A DNA stretch of 64,000 bases. Source: Scyliorhinus canicula. Taxonomy: Eukaryota. Positions 47,635-59,571 of this stretch are shown one piece after another. Position 1 is the first letter of the stretch. Each line of letters opens with the position of its first letter. A model generated the notes under the pieces. It made no database searches. It was not told the origin of the DNA and was given only the letters and a program-made list of their open reading frames with translations. The stretch covers positions 95,372,053 through 95,436,052 of the forward strand of contig NC_052152.1 in assembly GCF_902713615.1 (NCBI RefSeq), given 5' to 3'. A program made the position numbers and the translations under genes.

Positions 47635-50189
47635 CTGGGGGAGGGGGGTTGTCATGCAGGGCTGTCTCACTTGGTTCTGCACCTCCAACCTCGCATTGCG
47701 CGACCTCCCGGGTGGCAGATCCCGCAGCAAGTTCTAGTGCCCTCTGTTCAAAGACTGTCAGGGGGTGCAGAATGGGCGAACCCCCTCCAGTCCTGTCCCG
47801 TTCCCGGTTGTTGTGAGCAGTCTTGTCCAGTTGGGGGGGCATAGATCGATCATCACAATTCGGCAGGGATATCAGGGCATTCAGATATTGGCACAGGTTG
47901 GGGGGAAAGTTGCAGCTGCACCATGGCATCTCTCCAGGGGGTCGCAGCGCTCATGTAGGTCTGTGACAACTTTGTTAACCACCCTCCACTCACTCTCGCC
48001 CCCCCCCTCCCCCTCGTGCCCGGGGGGAAGCGGGTGATGAGGGACATGGGGGGGGGGGGATGGTTGTGACCCGGGGGCACCCTCTTGGCACTTACCCTGG
48101 CAGCCCTGATGAGGTTGTGGAGCTTCTTGCGGCACTGCTCCCCAGACCGAGGGGTCTATCCACAGCACTGACTGCCGTGCCCACCTCACGCCAGGCCTTC
48201 CACACAACGCTGGAAGGGTGGCGATGCCCTCGTCTTGGGCATATGATGCCCCTCCGCTGCTCCACCTCATCGAGGAGGGTCTCGAGGTCAGTCTCACCGA
48301 ACCTCGGGGCGGCCCTCCATGGCTCCGACATTTTCACCCCCTCCCTTGTTGTCGTCGCTCGCGCCCTTTACGACGCGGAGCAGCGTCATTCGGGCGTCGC
48401 GGGCTTTAGTCGTCATCCCCCATGTGTTTCCCGCGGTCCCGCTCCTAGCCCATTTCCGGGGCCAGAATCGATCGGGAACGGGGCCGTATTGCGCCGTCGT
48501 GGAACTCGGCCGAGTTCACGACGGCCTTCCCGATGCCGCGCGGCATCGGAGAATCGCGCCCTCTGACCTCTGACCACTAGGTGGCAGGCAAGGTATACCA
48601 TGTGACACTGCAACCTAGGGGGAGTCTGTAGAAGTCATTGTGTTTAGTTTTGTTTGTGAATGTTCCAGTTTGTTAGTATTAGTTTCCAACCCATGGTTTG
48701 TTATACAATAATAAATTTGACTAGTCTAGAATTAGATGCTCTTTGGTGCACTGACTCAATCATTGATCATGCATGCATGAGATATAACAATTCTGACATA
48801 TTCCTTTCATATGCAAAACAAAAATGTCAATATTCAGCTGGTGCATGCTGTGCTTTGGTAGCTGGGGGTCGGGTTGTTTGAGCCGTAATTGTAGAGAGGG
48901 TGACTAAAATTTGGTCAAGTTTCCATTCGGTGCTGTAGACTTTTCACAGATCAACAAGAGCCACGGACATGAAGATAAAAGTCCACACAACTTCGAATAT
49001 TCAGCACACTGAACAAACGGGGCAAAGAACTGAATCTGATGAGATCAGGATTATACATTGTGAGTATGTCTGTATCATGAATATAATGGAATGAATGAAT
49101 AAAAAATAGTTCCTGGAGTTTAATGCTGGCATTATGCACCCAAAGTAAGAAAAGTGAGGAAAATATAATTGGAACTGTTGGATTTTGATGCCCAGACGTT
49201 GCTGCGTTTACAGGCTGTCAGCTTGTTTTTGCAATGTAATTAAATTTTGATTGAATTGTCTCCCTTTGACATTCACCGCCATTAAACCATCCATTATGCT
49301 TTTGTACTGAAGAATTAGACAGAATTTCAAGATACAGTTGAGAAAGGGAGCTTAATTTGCAGCCATTCCTTTAGTTTAATGTCATAATTACCACCTAAAA
49401 CTTGCGGGCTGATTTTTCTTCGACTCTCGAAAGCCTGCCACCGAATAGCACAGCAGTTCTTTGACTAATTTGCTCAGGATCAGGTTGATAACCCTGAAGG
49501 GGCTCGCGCAGTACACCGCAGTATCTGCTCTCTGCAAACTCACTGGCTGGGCAATCCTTCACTGAACTTGACACGCATGAAGGCCAAAAGAGAAATGCAC
49601 GCAGATTTGTTTTTTAAAAAAGTGCTAAAAATCACAACACGCAACGATAAGGTGGCATCGGTGCTATTTGTATGTATTTCATGATTGACCTTTGATTGAA
49701 CTTAACACATCAATGGCAGTAAGATTCAAACAAAACTGAAGGAAACTTTGAGGCATTTATTTATTTGATGACAGCAGTGCTGTGGGTGTTAGGCGTGTGA
49801 CTGATAAAGTTAGCAGGAGAGGATGAAAGAGTGGTGCAGTCTTCTAAATTATTCAGTAAATCTCCCTAATGACAAGATAGCAGGGATGGCCCTCATTGCT
49901 TTTGACAGCTGTGGCATTTCAAGACAGAAGCATGTTGTCAATCACAGGTGCCCAGTTTCCGAACGAGAGCAATGTGTATGCTTCGTGTGACATAGTTCCA
50001 CTGATGGAAATCAGAATTGACGGAAGGAAATGTCAAACTGAAAAGATTTTTTTCCTGTTCTTTGGGGCAAGGTAAATTCAAGAACGTTTTATCATTGCTC
50101 TGCTTCAAGCTTTGAGTGGCCGTCCAACGCTGTGCTTTAACCACAGTCGACTTCACAGTGCCACAGTGTCTCTTATCAAAGCCACAACT

Positions 50190-50361
50190 GACATCCTGTG
50201 TATCCATATAAACATTTCTGGAACAAGCCTTTCCATTCACCTGAAGAAGGAGCCGTGCTCCGAAAGCTCGTGTTTGAAACAAACCTGTTGGACTTTAACC
50301 TGGTGTTGTAAGACTTCTTACTGTGCTCACCCCAGTCCAACGCCGGCATCTCCACATCATG
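50190..50361 (+). ncRNA. Penelope pLTR fragment with minimal type I hammerhead motif (core 50238-50272)
   Basis: CAC-CTGAAGA-A-GGAGC-CGT-GCTCC-GAAA-GC-TC-GTG. Confidence 0.65.
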
Positions 50362-50387
50362 ACATCCTGTGTGACTATGGGTAAAAT

Positions 50388-50675
50388 ATCCCTCTGTGTC
50401 CGTCTCGGCCTATCTGCAGCCTCCGTACAATACAACTGACCAGGGCATCATATCCCAATGCCTCTTCCCTGTCCTCCAGCAGGGGAGACTGCCCTTGCCT
50501 TATTTGGGATTTTCTTTTCCTGCCGGAAGTGTACCTCCGCCCGTGGGTTTCCCAGTTGAGTGGGGTGGCTTCAATGGGAACTCCCATTGACAAGCGGAGG
50601 GAGTAGAGAATCCCACCACCAATGCATGGAGCGCTGCCAAGAAACATGCGGCGGGGGTACCGGAGAATTCTGCCT
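50388..50675. mobile_element. short MITE (related pieces at 61430-61590 and 61995-62113)
   Basis: Ends CCGGAGAATTCTGCC; body is the reverse complement of 61430-61590. Confidence 0.55.
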
Positions 50676-50851
50676 CATTCGTATCTTTAAATCATAGCCA
50701 GAGAATGCTCTGCAGTGGCTTCTCTTCCCACTTCCGTACCATTTACTCCGAAATCACATGAGGAGTTTATCCTTAACCATCTCCATCCCCAAAATGATGG
50801 CCCTTGATTTCATCATCTGAAAACCAATTTCTAAGTATTGCGGACAGATAA

Positions 50852-51270
50852 GGGGTGGAATTCACCGACCCCGCGCAGGGTCGGGGAATCGCCCAGGGCC
50901 GGCGTAAATCCCGCACCTGCCGTGGCCGGAATTGTCCGCCACCCGCGAATCGACGGGAGCCGGAATCCCACGATGGGCCGAAGTCCCGCCACTGTCAGGC
51001 CTCTCCCGCCGACGTGGTTTAAACCACCTCTGTGCCGGCGCGATTGGCGGTGCGAGCGGGCCCCCGGGGCCCTGGAGGGGGCGTGGGGCATTCGGACCCC
51101 GGGGGTGCCCCCACGGTGGCCTGGCCCGCAATCGGGGCCCACCGATCGGCGGGCGGGCCAGTGCCATGGGGGCACTCTTTTTCTTCCACCGCCGCCACGG
51201 CCTCCACCATGGCTGAGGCAGAAGAGACCCCCTCCACCGCGCATGCGCCGGTGGTGACGTCAGCGGCCGG
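50852..51270. mobile_element. partial Harbinger-type MITE
   Basis: Resembles the reverse complement of the right half of 41088-41803, including the terminal hairpin. Confidence 0.75.
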
Positions 51271-51604
51271 CTGACAGCTGCAAGGAAGTGAGTCACCTGT
51301 CTGGAAGCTAAACAGCAGTCCTCACAAAAGCAGTGAAGCAGTGAAAAACTGCTTTAAAACTCACCTGCCCCTCAGGGAAGGAAAGCAGCATTTGTAAGTT
51401 CCTAGAAAGTGAAAACCGCATCATCAGGGTTTAAATCCCCTCAGATCCGTTGATCTGCAAGGCTATTATTCACGTTGTTGAGAAATTGCTTTTACTCGGT
51501 CGTGAGTGACAGCTTCCAGACAGCCAGATGTGTGGATTGTTTAATTTCATTTCCCGTCAAGTTTGATTTGATCTTGAGTACCCTGCTGTGAAACTAAACA
51601 CAAT

Positions 51605-52463
51605 GGGTGCGATCTAACCGAATTACAACAGAGTCCCGTGTCGAGCACGTTTAGCCGGGTGTTTCCCGGTGCTTGCAGCATCAAGAAAGAATGGGACTCT
51701 GTTGCAATCTGGGGCCTCAGCAGGAAACACTCCAGCGAGGCCGTACTTAGCCCTATTTCCTGCACTGACAAGCTCCACTCGGCAGAGGAGGAAATCAGGA
51801 CGCTATTTTTAAATGACATCCCGATCACTCGATCTCCCGAAGCCCCAGCTCGCCTATAACAGGATCCTGAACAGGAGACCTTCCCTGAACCCCACCTCAC
51901 ACAGGCAGGGCACCCTCAGGCTTGATCCCCATCATAGGTACAATGCCAGCCTGGTAGTATCCCTGCCAGCCTGGCAGCTCCTCCTCAGCACCATGGCAGT
52001 GCTAGGTTGACACACAGGTGGCAGTGTCAGGATGCCAGGCTCGCACTGCCAAGGTGCCATTAGTACCAGGGTGCCACCCTGCCCAGAGGCCCACCACCCA
52101 GGGGCCTCTGGGAGAACCCCCAAGTGATGTTTTGGCTGATCCCCCTTTATAGAGACCAGTATGGAAAGGCACTTGCCTAAGGTCTACAAGGCAAAGCTGT
52201 TAGATCCAACGCATCGGGTAGATCAGGCGAGCTGCATATTAGAGTGAGACTAGCTACTCACTCTAATATGCAGATTTGCCAAATACTTATCGCGCTCACA
52301 ATGGGCGGCATCCAGACCACGACGTCTTGCGAAATCCTGTTAGATCTCACAAGGGATGGTGAGCCAGTTAGATCCCGGAAGAGGCTTCTCCCAGCATCTA
52401 CCGGCCATGTTGTGCCCACTGTTGCCTGAGAGGGGGGTGCAATGCGGCTGGTAGATTGCGCCC
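51605..52463. mobile_element. Harbinger-type MITE with TSD AAT
   Basis: GGGTGCGATCTA...TAGATTGCGCCC flanked by AAT on both sides. Confidence 0.8.
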
Positions 52464-52678
52464 AATGTGTATAACATCTAGCTTTGACAGAGAGCTCTTG
52501 ACCCCATCAAATGCATTAAGTGCTTTCACTTCCTCTTTTTCACAGCTGATAGCACTTTGCTGTGTGCTGGGTGCCTTCATTTTAACAGCCATTCTATTTT
52601 TAACCACAACCGGCTGGCTTTGGCAGGCAAGGAAACCTGACAGCTGCAAGGAAGTGAGGAGGGCTGTATAAAGTTAGT

Positions 52679-53273
52679 GGACTGGATTCTCTACTCCCCA
52701 TCTCCGAAATCGCGTTCTGTGACGGGGCAGAGAATCTGTTTTGGTGCTGAAATCGGGAGTGGCACTGGGTTTTAAATTCTCCACCCCCCTGAAAATCGGT
52801 GTACTCATGGGGTACGCCGCACCGAGTATCCACCACCTCAGACCATTGCCCGCCCCACGATGCTCCATTGCCGATCAGCCGAATTCCCGATGGCGTCTCA
52901 CCGTCCGGGATCCTCGCATGGCAGCAGCAGACTCAGTCCGGGGCTGCCACAGTCGGGGGAGGGCCTATTGGCGGGCAGGGGGGGAGCTGGGGGCAATGTT
53001 GGCGGGCGGTCCGGGCGCACGAGTGGCCGATGCAGGGCACTACTTTGCCGGTCCAGGTCCCCGGGCTGAGTCCGCCGTGGAGCAAGGTGCGGCCGCTGCA
53101 GGCCGAATCCGTGCGCATGCGCGGCCTCTGATCCAGAAGTGCTGGATCGTCAGCTTGAGCTGCAAGCTCTACGATGGCAAAATGGTGAATCTGTGGCCCT
53201 TTGGCCAGGTGTAAAAGGCCACAGTTTTCACGATGGCATGAGGACTTTGTCCCAAAAATGGAGAATCCATCCC
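52679..53273. mobile_element. Harbinger-type MITE with TSD AGT
   Basis: GGACTGGATTCTC...GAGAATCCATCCC flanked by AGT on both sides. Confidence 0.8.
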
Positions 53274-53395
53274 AGTAACATTTACAGTATTGCTCCTGTC
53301 CAGGACAATGTGTTCCCTTCAGGTCCAACAAGCTATCCAGTGAACCACTCCCACACACCTCAAACTGCCTGATCCTCTTTACCTTTGCTCCTTCG

Positions 53396-53731
53396 ATCAT
53401 AGATCATAGAATTTACAGTGCAGAAGGAGGCCATTCGGCCCATCAAGTCTACACCGACCATTTGGAAATTGCACCCGACCGAAGGCTTCAGCTCCACCCT
53501 ATCCTCGTAACCCCACCTAACCATTTTGGACACTAAGGGCAATTTAGCACAGTCAATCCACCTAGCCAGCATCTTTGGACTGTGGGAGGAAACCGGAGCA
53601 CCCGGAGAAAACCCACGCAGACACGGGGAGAACGTGCAGACTCGGCACAGACAGTGACGCAAGCCGGGGATCGAACCTGGGACCCACTAGCTGTGAAGCA
53701 ACTGTGATAACCACTGCACTACCATGCTGCC
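53396..53731 (-). mobile_element. full-length HE1/V-SINE-like SINE
   Basis: tRNA head, V-domain and CR1-type tail on the minus strand. Confidence 0.85.
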
Positions 53732-54948
53732 CTTCCCCTGACTATGACGGGCGCCCTCCCCAGCACCCCCCCCCCCCGACAATTAAGCCCACCTTGATCG
53801 GGAACCCCGTAGCACTTGGATCTCCACCCCTCCCCCACCACCACCCTGCACTCAGAAAAACAGTTGAAAGGAGCTTTGCAGTAAACTGCAGGATAATAAT
53901 AATAATATTTTATTGTCACATGTATGAAGTTGCTGTGAAAAGCCCCTAGTCTATTTGCAAAGCCACAAAGAGCATGTTTCCCATCCTCACAGAAGCACTT
54001 CTTCATGGAAGTTACCTATAGGCTAAAATCCAAGCCAAAGGAAAAGGAATAGGCCATTCAACGCCTCAAACCTTGTCCACCATTCAGTTGATGGTTGATC
54101 TGTACCTCAACTCCTAGATGTGCGTGAAGTTTTCCCTTGCTTGTCCTTGTCTTTGTTTTGCTCCATGTCTTGGAGCAAGTATTTCAAGTGTACTGTTTTC
54201 TTTTGTTGTTCTCAGCACATGGGGTATGGCCAGACACTCTTTCAAAGCACAGTGCTGTCCAATACTGTCCTCAAGTGGTCACTTTCTCTCATCACACCTT
54301 CCTGTTGATGTTAATTACTTTCATTCGCACTGTTGGGAAGATTTCCAATGCGTAGTTCCACTGAGCAAGAGCAAAACACACAGACTGAACTATAAACGCT
54401 CCTTTGGATGGGGAGAAGAGCCAATATTAGTGACATACTCAGTGAGGGTCGGGTATTTGCCTTGCAGGGATCCTGCTGTCTAAAGGTTTGGTGGGAACTA
54501 GATCTGCTAAAGGCCACTGACGGTGCAATTTAACTGCTTATGGAGTCTTATAATTTTTGCTGCCTTTAAATTCCTCTTTCTGTACAAAAACATTTGGTCA
54601 CTTGTAAATTTCTTCCTCAGTCTTTCTGTTTGAATTCCTTCTCTATTCTTAACTTTCCCAGAGGGGTGAGGATAACTTTGCTCAACCGAAATAGCTTCCT
54701 AAATGGTTAGTACCCGAGCAAAACGTTCCAGGACAATATGTTTGTCGCATCTTCCTTCGTGATCTTCCTTCCCTCCTTCGTTCTTGGCTGGTAAAGACCA
54801 GACAGACCGGTGGTATCTTAGATTCAGAGCTCAGCTGACCTGGGCTTACCAAAGCTGTCAGATTGACCTGTCATGGAGACCAGATGGGCAAAATGCCATT
54901 TCCGTTCCTGTGTAAAGTGTTGCCATTTATCATAGGATGGGGAATCTT

Positions 54949-55710
54949 GGGCGTGATTCAGCGGCCTCGTCGCGCATGGCATGTGACGGGATGAGGCCTT
55001 GGATCTCATGAGAGGCCTCTCGGGAAATTTGCGACGCTCAAAATGTTTGGTGAGATCCAATAGAATCTTGTGAGCTGTTGTGATCTGGATCTCAGCCTCC
55101 CTGGGCGTGCCCTAGATCAGCATATTTAAATGATCCGTATGGCATTCTTCAGTTTCTCCCGGCGCCTGGGACTCGCCAGGGAGCTGTTTAGTACTGGTCC
55201 ACACAAACGTGGATACGGTGTAACAGCGCCTGGGAGGGGGGGGGGGGTCTCCCAGGCCATTAAAGACCACCCCCCCTTGTGGCTGGGGACAGGGCATGGT
55301 GGCATCTTAGCACACCCCTGGCACCAAGACACCTTGGCACTGCCACCCTGGCATTGCCAGCATGTCCAAGTGGAACTGCCAGACTGGAAAGGGCACTTCT
55401 AGGGTTTCAGGCTGGCAATGCCAGGGTGCCAGGCTGGTAGGTCCAGTGATTGGGTCTGGGGGTGCTAACCAGGTAGAGGGATAAGCAGGGGTTCCCAAGA
55501 GCCTCCCCAAGGTCGAAGGGGAGGGGTCAAAAACGGTGGGGGGGGAAGAGGGCGGGGGAGAGCCTGAATGGGGGTAATATCAGGGCAAATAGACAAATTT
55601 AACATGGTTTATTGAATGGTGAGATGTTTCTCAGCCTTGCAGCCGCTGAGAAGCACTCCGCTAAAAGCCCGTGAACCTGGATATAGACATTTGTCAGGAG
55701 TATCGCGCCC
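54949..55710. mobile_element. Harbinger-type MITE with TSD CTT
   Basis: GGGCGTGATTC...GTATCGCGCCC flanked by CTT on both sides. Confidence 0.8.
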
Positions 55711-55796
55711 CTTGTCTTCACATTGAAATTTGTCTAGTTTGCCAACAGCAGATAGGTATGGAACTAGTCAAAAAATCAGTATGAAAACACTATTTT

Positions 55797-56022
55797 AGGG
55801 TGGCACGTGACACAGTGGTTAGCATTGGGACTGCGGCGCTGAGGACCGGGGTTCGATCCCGGCCCTGGGTCACTGTCCGTGTGGAGTTTGCATATTCTCC
55901 ACATGTCTGCGTGGATTCCACTCCCACAACCCAAAGATGTGCAGGGTAGGTGGATTGGCCACGCTAAATTGTCCCTTAATTGGAAAAATATAATTGGATA
56001 CTCTAAATTTATTTTTAAAAAT
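55797..56022 (+). mobile_element. short V-SINE-like SINE with TSD
   Basis: Flanked by AAAACACTATTTT on both sides. Confidence 0.85.
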
Positions 56023-56697
56023 TAAAACACTATTTTGAGCATTAACTTTCATGACTGCAGATTCGGTCGTTAGTGATCTGTCTGAAACATGGAATTATAG
56101 CAATTTATCATACTTACAGGTTTAAACATTTGAACATTGAAGTCAGATACCATGGGTTTATGAAGCAAACAATACATGCAATTTTACATCAGCATGCTTA
56201 AAAGTACACTTTGCAATGGTTGGCATGGATTCAGACGTATTACATTTCAGTGCTCGTATCTTGGGCCTTCGATAATCAAAATTCTCACCATAAACAGCAA
56301 GTTTATATACATTTCTCTCAACCCCTTCCATATCACAATCCACATGTCCCTGCTTTATATGATTAAAATAAAACTCCACCAAATTGATTTACCCTTTATC
56401 AATAACAGTGTTCCCCTGCTCTGAAGAAGAGTCATAATTGTTTCTGTGGTGGCTTGAGGCAATACTGTGGTGACTTTCAGTCTAACTGAACAAGTGTACA
56501 TTGATACCTGGTAAAGATTGACTATACACAGGCACAGAGTCTTTAAACAGATCTTCACTCTCTTGCTCCCAGGTCCACATTGCCTGGGACCCAGCTCCCA
56601 GGGTCCCGTGCTTTTTCCTAAAGGCCGGTGTTCGCGAGCTACCGCGCAATAGGCCCCAAGCTGGTCACATGGACCACAAGGACTCACACCTTAAAAG

Positions 56698-56940
56698 GGA
56701 CATCAAACGGTGGCACAGAGGTTAGCACCACTGCCTCAAAGCTCCAGGTTCCCGGGGTCAATACTGGTTTTGGGTGATTGTGTGGCGATTGCACTTTCTC
56801 CCCGTGTCTGTGTGGGTTTCTTCCGGGTGCTCCAGTTTTCTCCCACAGTCCAAAGATATGCAGGTTAGGTACATTGGCCATGTTAAATTGGCCCTTAATG
56901 TCCAAAAGGTTAGATGGGTTTACTAGTTTAGGGGATATGG
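56698..56940 (+). mobile_element. diverged V-SINE-like SINE
   Basis: V-domain-like core. Confidence 0.7.
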
Positions 56941-57659
56941 TGGAGAAATGGTCCATTTTGGATGTGTAAAAAATAAAAAATAAAAGAGTACAAATTGGAG
57001 GAGTGTGGCTTAATCTTCCAACCATGTTGCATAATACCCCTCGGTGAAACTTATCCCTTGCCAATGCTGCCAGACAGAACCCGTGCTGCTGTATCTGACT
57101 GGAGAATGGTGCGCATGGGCAAGATCTGCTCCCAGTCTCCTCCAGTTAACACCCTTAGTTAACACTGGGAAGCACCATCGCTATCTATGCAAGGAACGGT
57201 CTGAACAGTACCACAACATAGATAGAGGTGAGAAGGTCATCAATGTCAGCTTGCACCCTCTGACACAGGAGTGTTATTCATCCTGCAGATGTGTTTAAAG
57301 TGAACCTGTGTCTGCCAGCCTTATAGGCAGGGGATGAATGCAGGCAGATGGGCGAAGAAAAGTAACACTTAGGATCTTCATCAGATGTTCTCTCATGCAA
57401 AATGAAGCAATTGCACCCAACCTGGACAAAGAAACTGCAACTGCAGCAGGACACTTTTTAAACTCTTGAGGGCACACACAAGGAGGATGATTTGCAGCTG
57501 ATTGTAAGATCCATCATTGGTGCTGCGAGAGATGGAGGAATGGGGGTGAAATGTCAAGAGAAGGCTGGCAAGAGCAACACAATAAAGAGCACAATGTGTT
57601 TCAGTTCCATAGAGAATGTCAAACTATTTAAGTTGACTCCACTACTGCTTTTATAAAAA

Positions 57660-58155
57660 TTCATTTTTTTTTTACAGGATGCGAGGCCAGCATTTGTTGC
57701 CCATCCCTAATTGCCCTGCAAAAGGTGGTGGTGAACTGCTTTCTTGAACTGCTGCAGTGTATGTGATGTAGACATGTCCACTGTGCTATTAGGGAGGGAG
57801 TTCCAGGATTTTTCCCCAGCAACAGTGAAGGAACGGCGATATATTTCCAAGTCAGGGTGCTGACTGACTTGGAGGGAAACCACCAGATGGTGGGGTTCCC
57901 ACATATCTGCCGCTCTTGTGCTTCTAGATGGTAGTGGCTGTAGGTTTGGAAAGTGTTGTCTAAGGAACCTTGGTGATTCCCCACAGTGTATCTTGCAGAT
58001 TGTACACGTGGTTGTTACTGTGCGTTGGTGGTGGAAGGAGTGAATGTTTGTAGAAGAAGGAGCAATCAAGCGGGCTGCTTTGTTCTGATGGTGTCGAGCT
58101 TCCCGAGTGTTGTTGGAGCTGCACTCATCCAGGCAAGTGGGCAGTATTCCATCAC
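57660..58155 (-). mobile_element. L2/CR1-group LINE 3' end
   Basis: YRRSFTVAGEKSWNSLP..QQFKKAVHHHLLQG; homologous to 21040-21540. Confidence 0.75.
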
Positions 58156-58290
58156 TTGTGGAAGAATACTCCCGACTTGTCGGGATGAGTGCAACTCAAG
58201 AACTACATTTATATAGGCCAAGATTTTCGTGTCCCACCACTGGCAGGCATTGGCACGAAAGGACAGGAGAACTTGGAGAGCTGTTGACTT

Positions 58291-58469
58291 GAAATGAAAA
58301 ATGAAAATTGCTTATTGTCACGAGTAGACTTCAATGAAGTTACTGTGAAAAGCCCCTAGTCGCCACATTCCGGCGCCTGTTCGGGGAGGCTGTTACGGGA
58401 ATCGAACCGTGCTGCTGGCCTGCTTGGTCTGCTTTCAAAGCCAGCGATTTAGCCCAGTGTGCTAAACAG
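58291..58469 (-). mobile_element. short tRNA-head SINE
   Basis: Near-identical to 18966-19140. Confidence 0.8.
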
Positions 58470-59275
58470 AATTTAACAATTCTCCATATTTTCCTGCCCA
58501 CAACAATGTCCACTGGTGTTGGGGCCTGAAAATCCCACTCATAATAACATAAAGCACAACAAGGCACCTTGCAGAAGGGTAATCAGACAAAAATAATTAC
58601 ATTGAGACACAGAAGATGACTTTAGGGCAGATGACCGAAAGCTCGCTCAAAGAAGCATGTTTTAAGGAACCTCCTAAAGGAGGAGATAGATGTAGTGACG
58701 CAGAAAGGTTTAGATGGGAGTTCAAGAACAGAGGGTGTAGACAGCTGAAAGCATAGCCCCATCAAAGATGGGGCAAAGGAATTGGAGTTGGATAAAGGCC
58801 AGAATTGAAGGACTGCAGAGTTCTCAGAAAAGTTAAGAGCTAGAGGATTGGATGAAGCCATGAAGGAATTCAAACATAAGGATTAGAATTTTTAAAGGAC
58901 CACGTGGTTGTTCACACAGCCAAAGAGGTCTATGTGGTTCCATCATCCTAAAGAATAGCTTGGAGGAAGAGGAAACTGATCAGAGAAGTTTCCAGGAACT
59001 TCAAGCTGTACAACTTCTATCCCATTCACACAAGCCTAGCTGACATTTTTCATGCCACAGGCCATCCAGTAGGAAATAATTTACTGAGTAGGTAGGGTTT
59101 TCACAGTGAGAGTACACTGGACACTAGTGAACAGGAGGACCTGGAAGTGAAACAGAGAGAATGATATATTCCTCTTGAATGGTAAACCCTCGGGAACGAG
59201 ATCTGAGTGGCACAGTCATGTCCTGGTGTTGGAACAGTCTCCATTCAAGTAATACAAATGGCATAAAGCCGCATT

Positions 59276-59571
59276 GGGCAGTACGGTAGCACAATGGTTA
59301 GCATTGTTGCTTCATAGCGCCAGGGACACGGGTTCGATTCCCGCTGGGTGACTTGTGCGGAGTCTGCACGTTCTCCCCGTGTCTGCATGGGTTTCCTCCG
59401 GGTGCTCTGGTTTCCTCCCATAAGTCCCAAAAGATGTGCTTGTCAGGTGAATTGGACATTCTGAATTCTCCCTCTTGTGTACCCGAACAGTCGCTGGAGT
59501 GTGGTGACTAGGGGATTGTCGCAGTAACTTCATTGCAGTGTTAATGTAAGCCTACTTGTGAGAATAATAAA
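59276..59571 (+). mobile_element. V-SINE-like SINE with L2-type tail
   Basis: Same structure as 15333-15642. Confidence 0.85.

Larger units (their letters stand above)
45970..48331 (-). pseudogene. Harbinger Myb/SANT-like (trihelix) partner gene, three exons, frameshifted
   Basis: Exon 1 (to 48096) APRFGETDLETLLDEV..AWREV..QCRKKLHNL, donor GTAAG. Exon 2 47827-47671 ..ERDRTGGG.., acceptor AG>TG, donor GTGAG. Exon 3 from 47467 with a Q/A heptad coiled coil. Confidence 0.8.
43743..48561. mobile_element. near full-length PIF/Harbinger DNA transposon
   Basis: Perfect 18-bp TIRs GGGCGCGATTCTCCGATG / CATCGGAGAATCGCGCCC; 3-bp TSD (CTG or TCT, one-base ambiguity); convergent transposase and Myb/SANT genes. 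Confidence 0.95.
43713..48789 (+). repeat. Gypsy 3' LTR (~260 bp: 43713-43742 plus 48562-48789) split by the Harbinger insertion
   Basis: PPT AAGGAAAGGGGA 43701-43712, then TGTATA...TATAACA, with AATAAA near 48710. Confidence 0.7.

Noticed and set aside
29067-48789. The LTRs at 29067 and 43713/48789 as the two ends of one Gypsy insertion
   Set aside because: The LTR sequences do not align and the flanks give no TSD; at least two elements are involved.
50831-55510. Many overlapping GC-rich ORFs
   Set aside because: Stop-poor MITE sequence with no domain signatures.
57040-57480. Possible ancient Harbinger transposase remnant on the minus strand
   Set aside because: Only faint motif echoes (CIDSDGASQ); too weak without an alignment.
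15333-59571. tRNA genes suggested by A/B boxes
   Set aside because: All are SINE heads continuing into SINE bodies.
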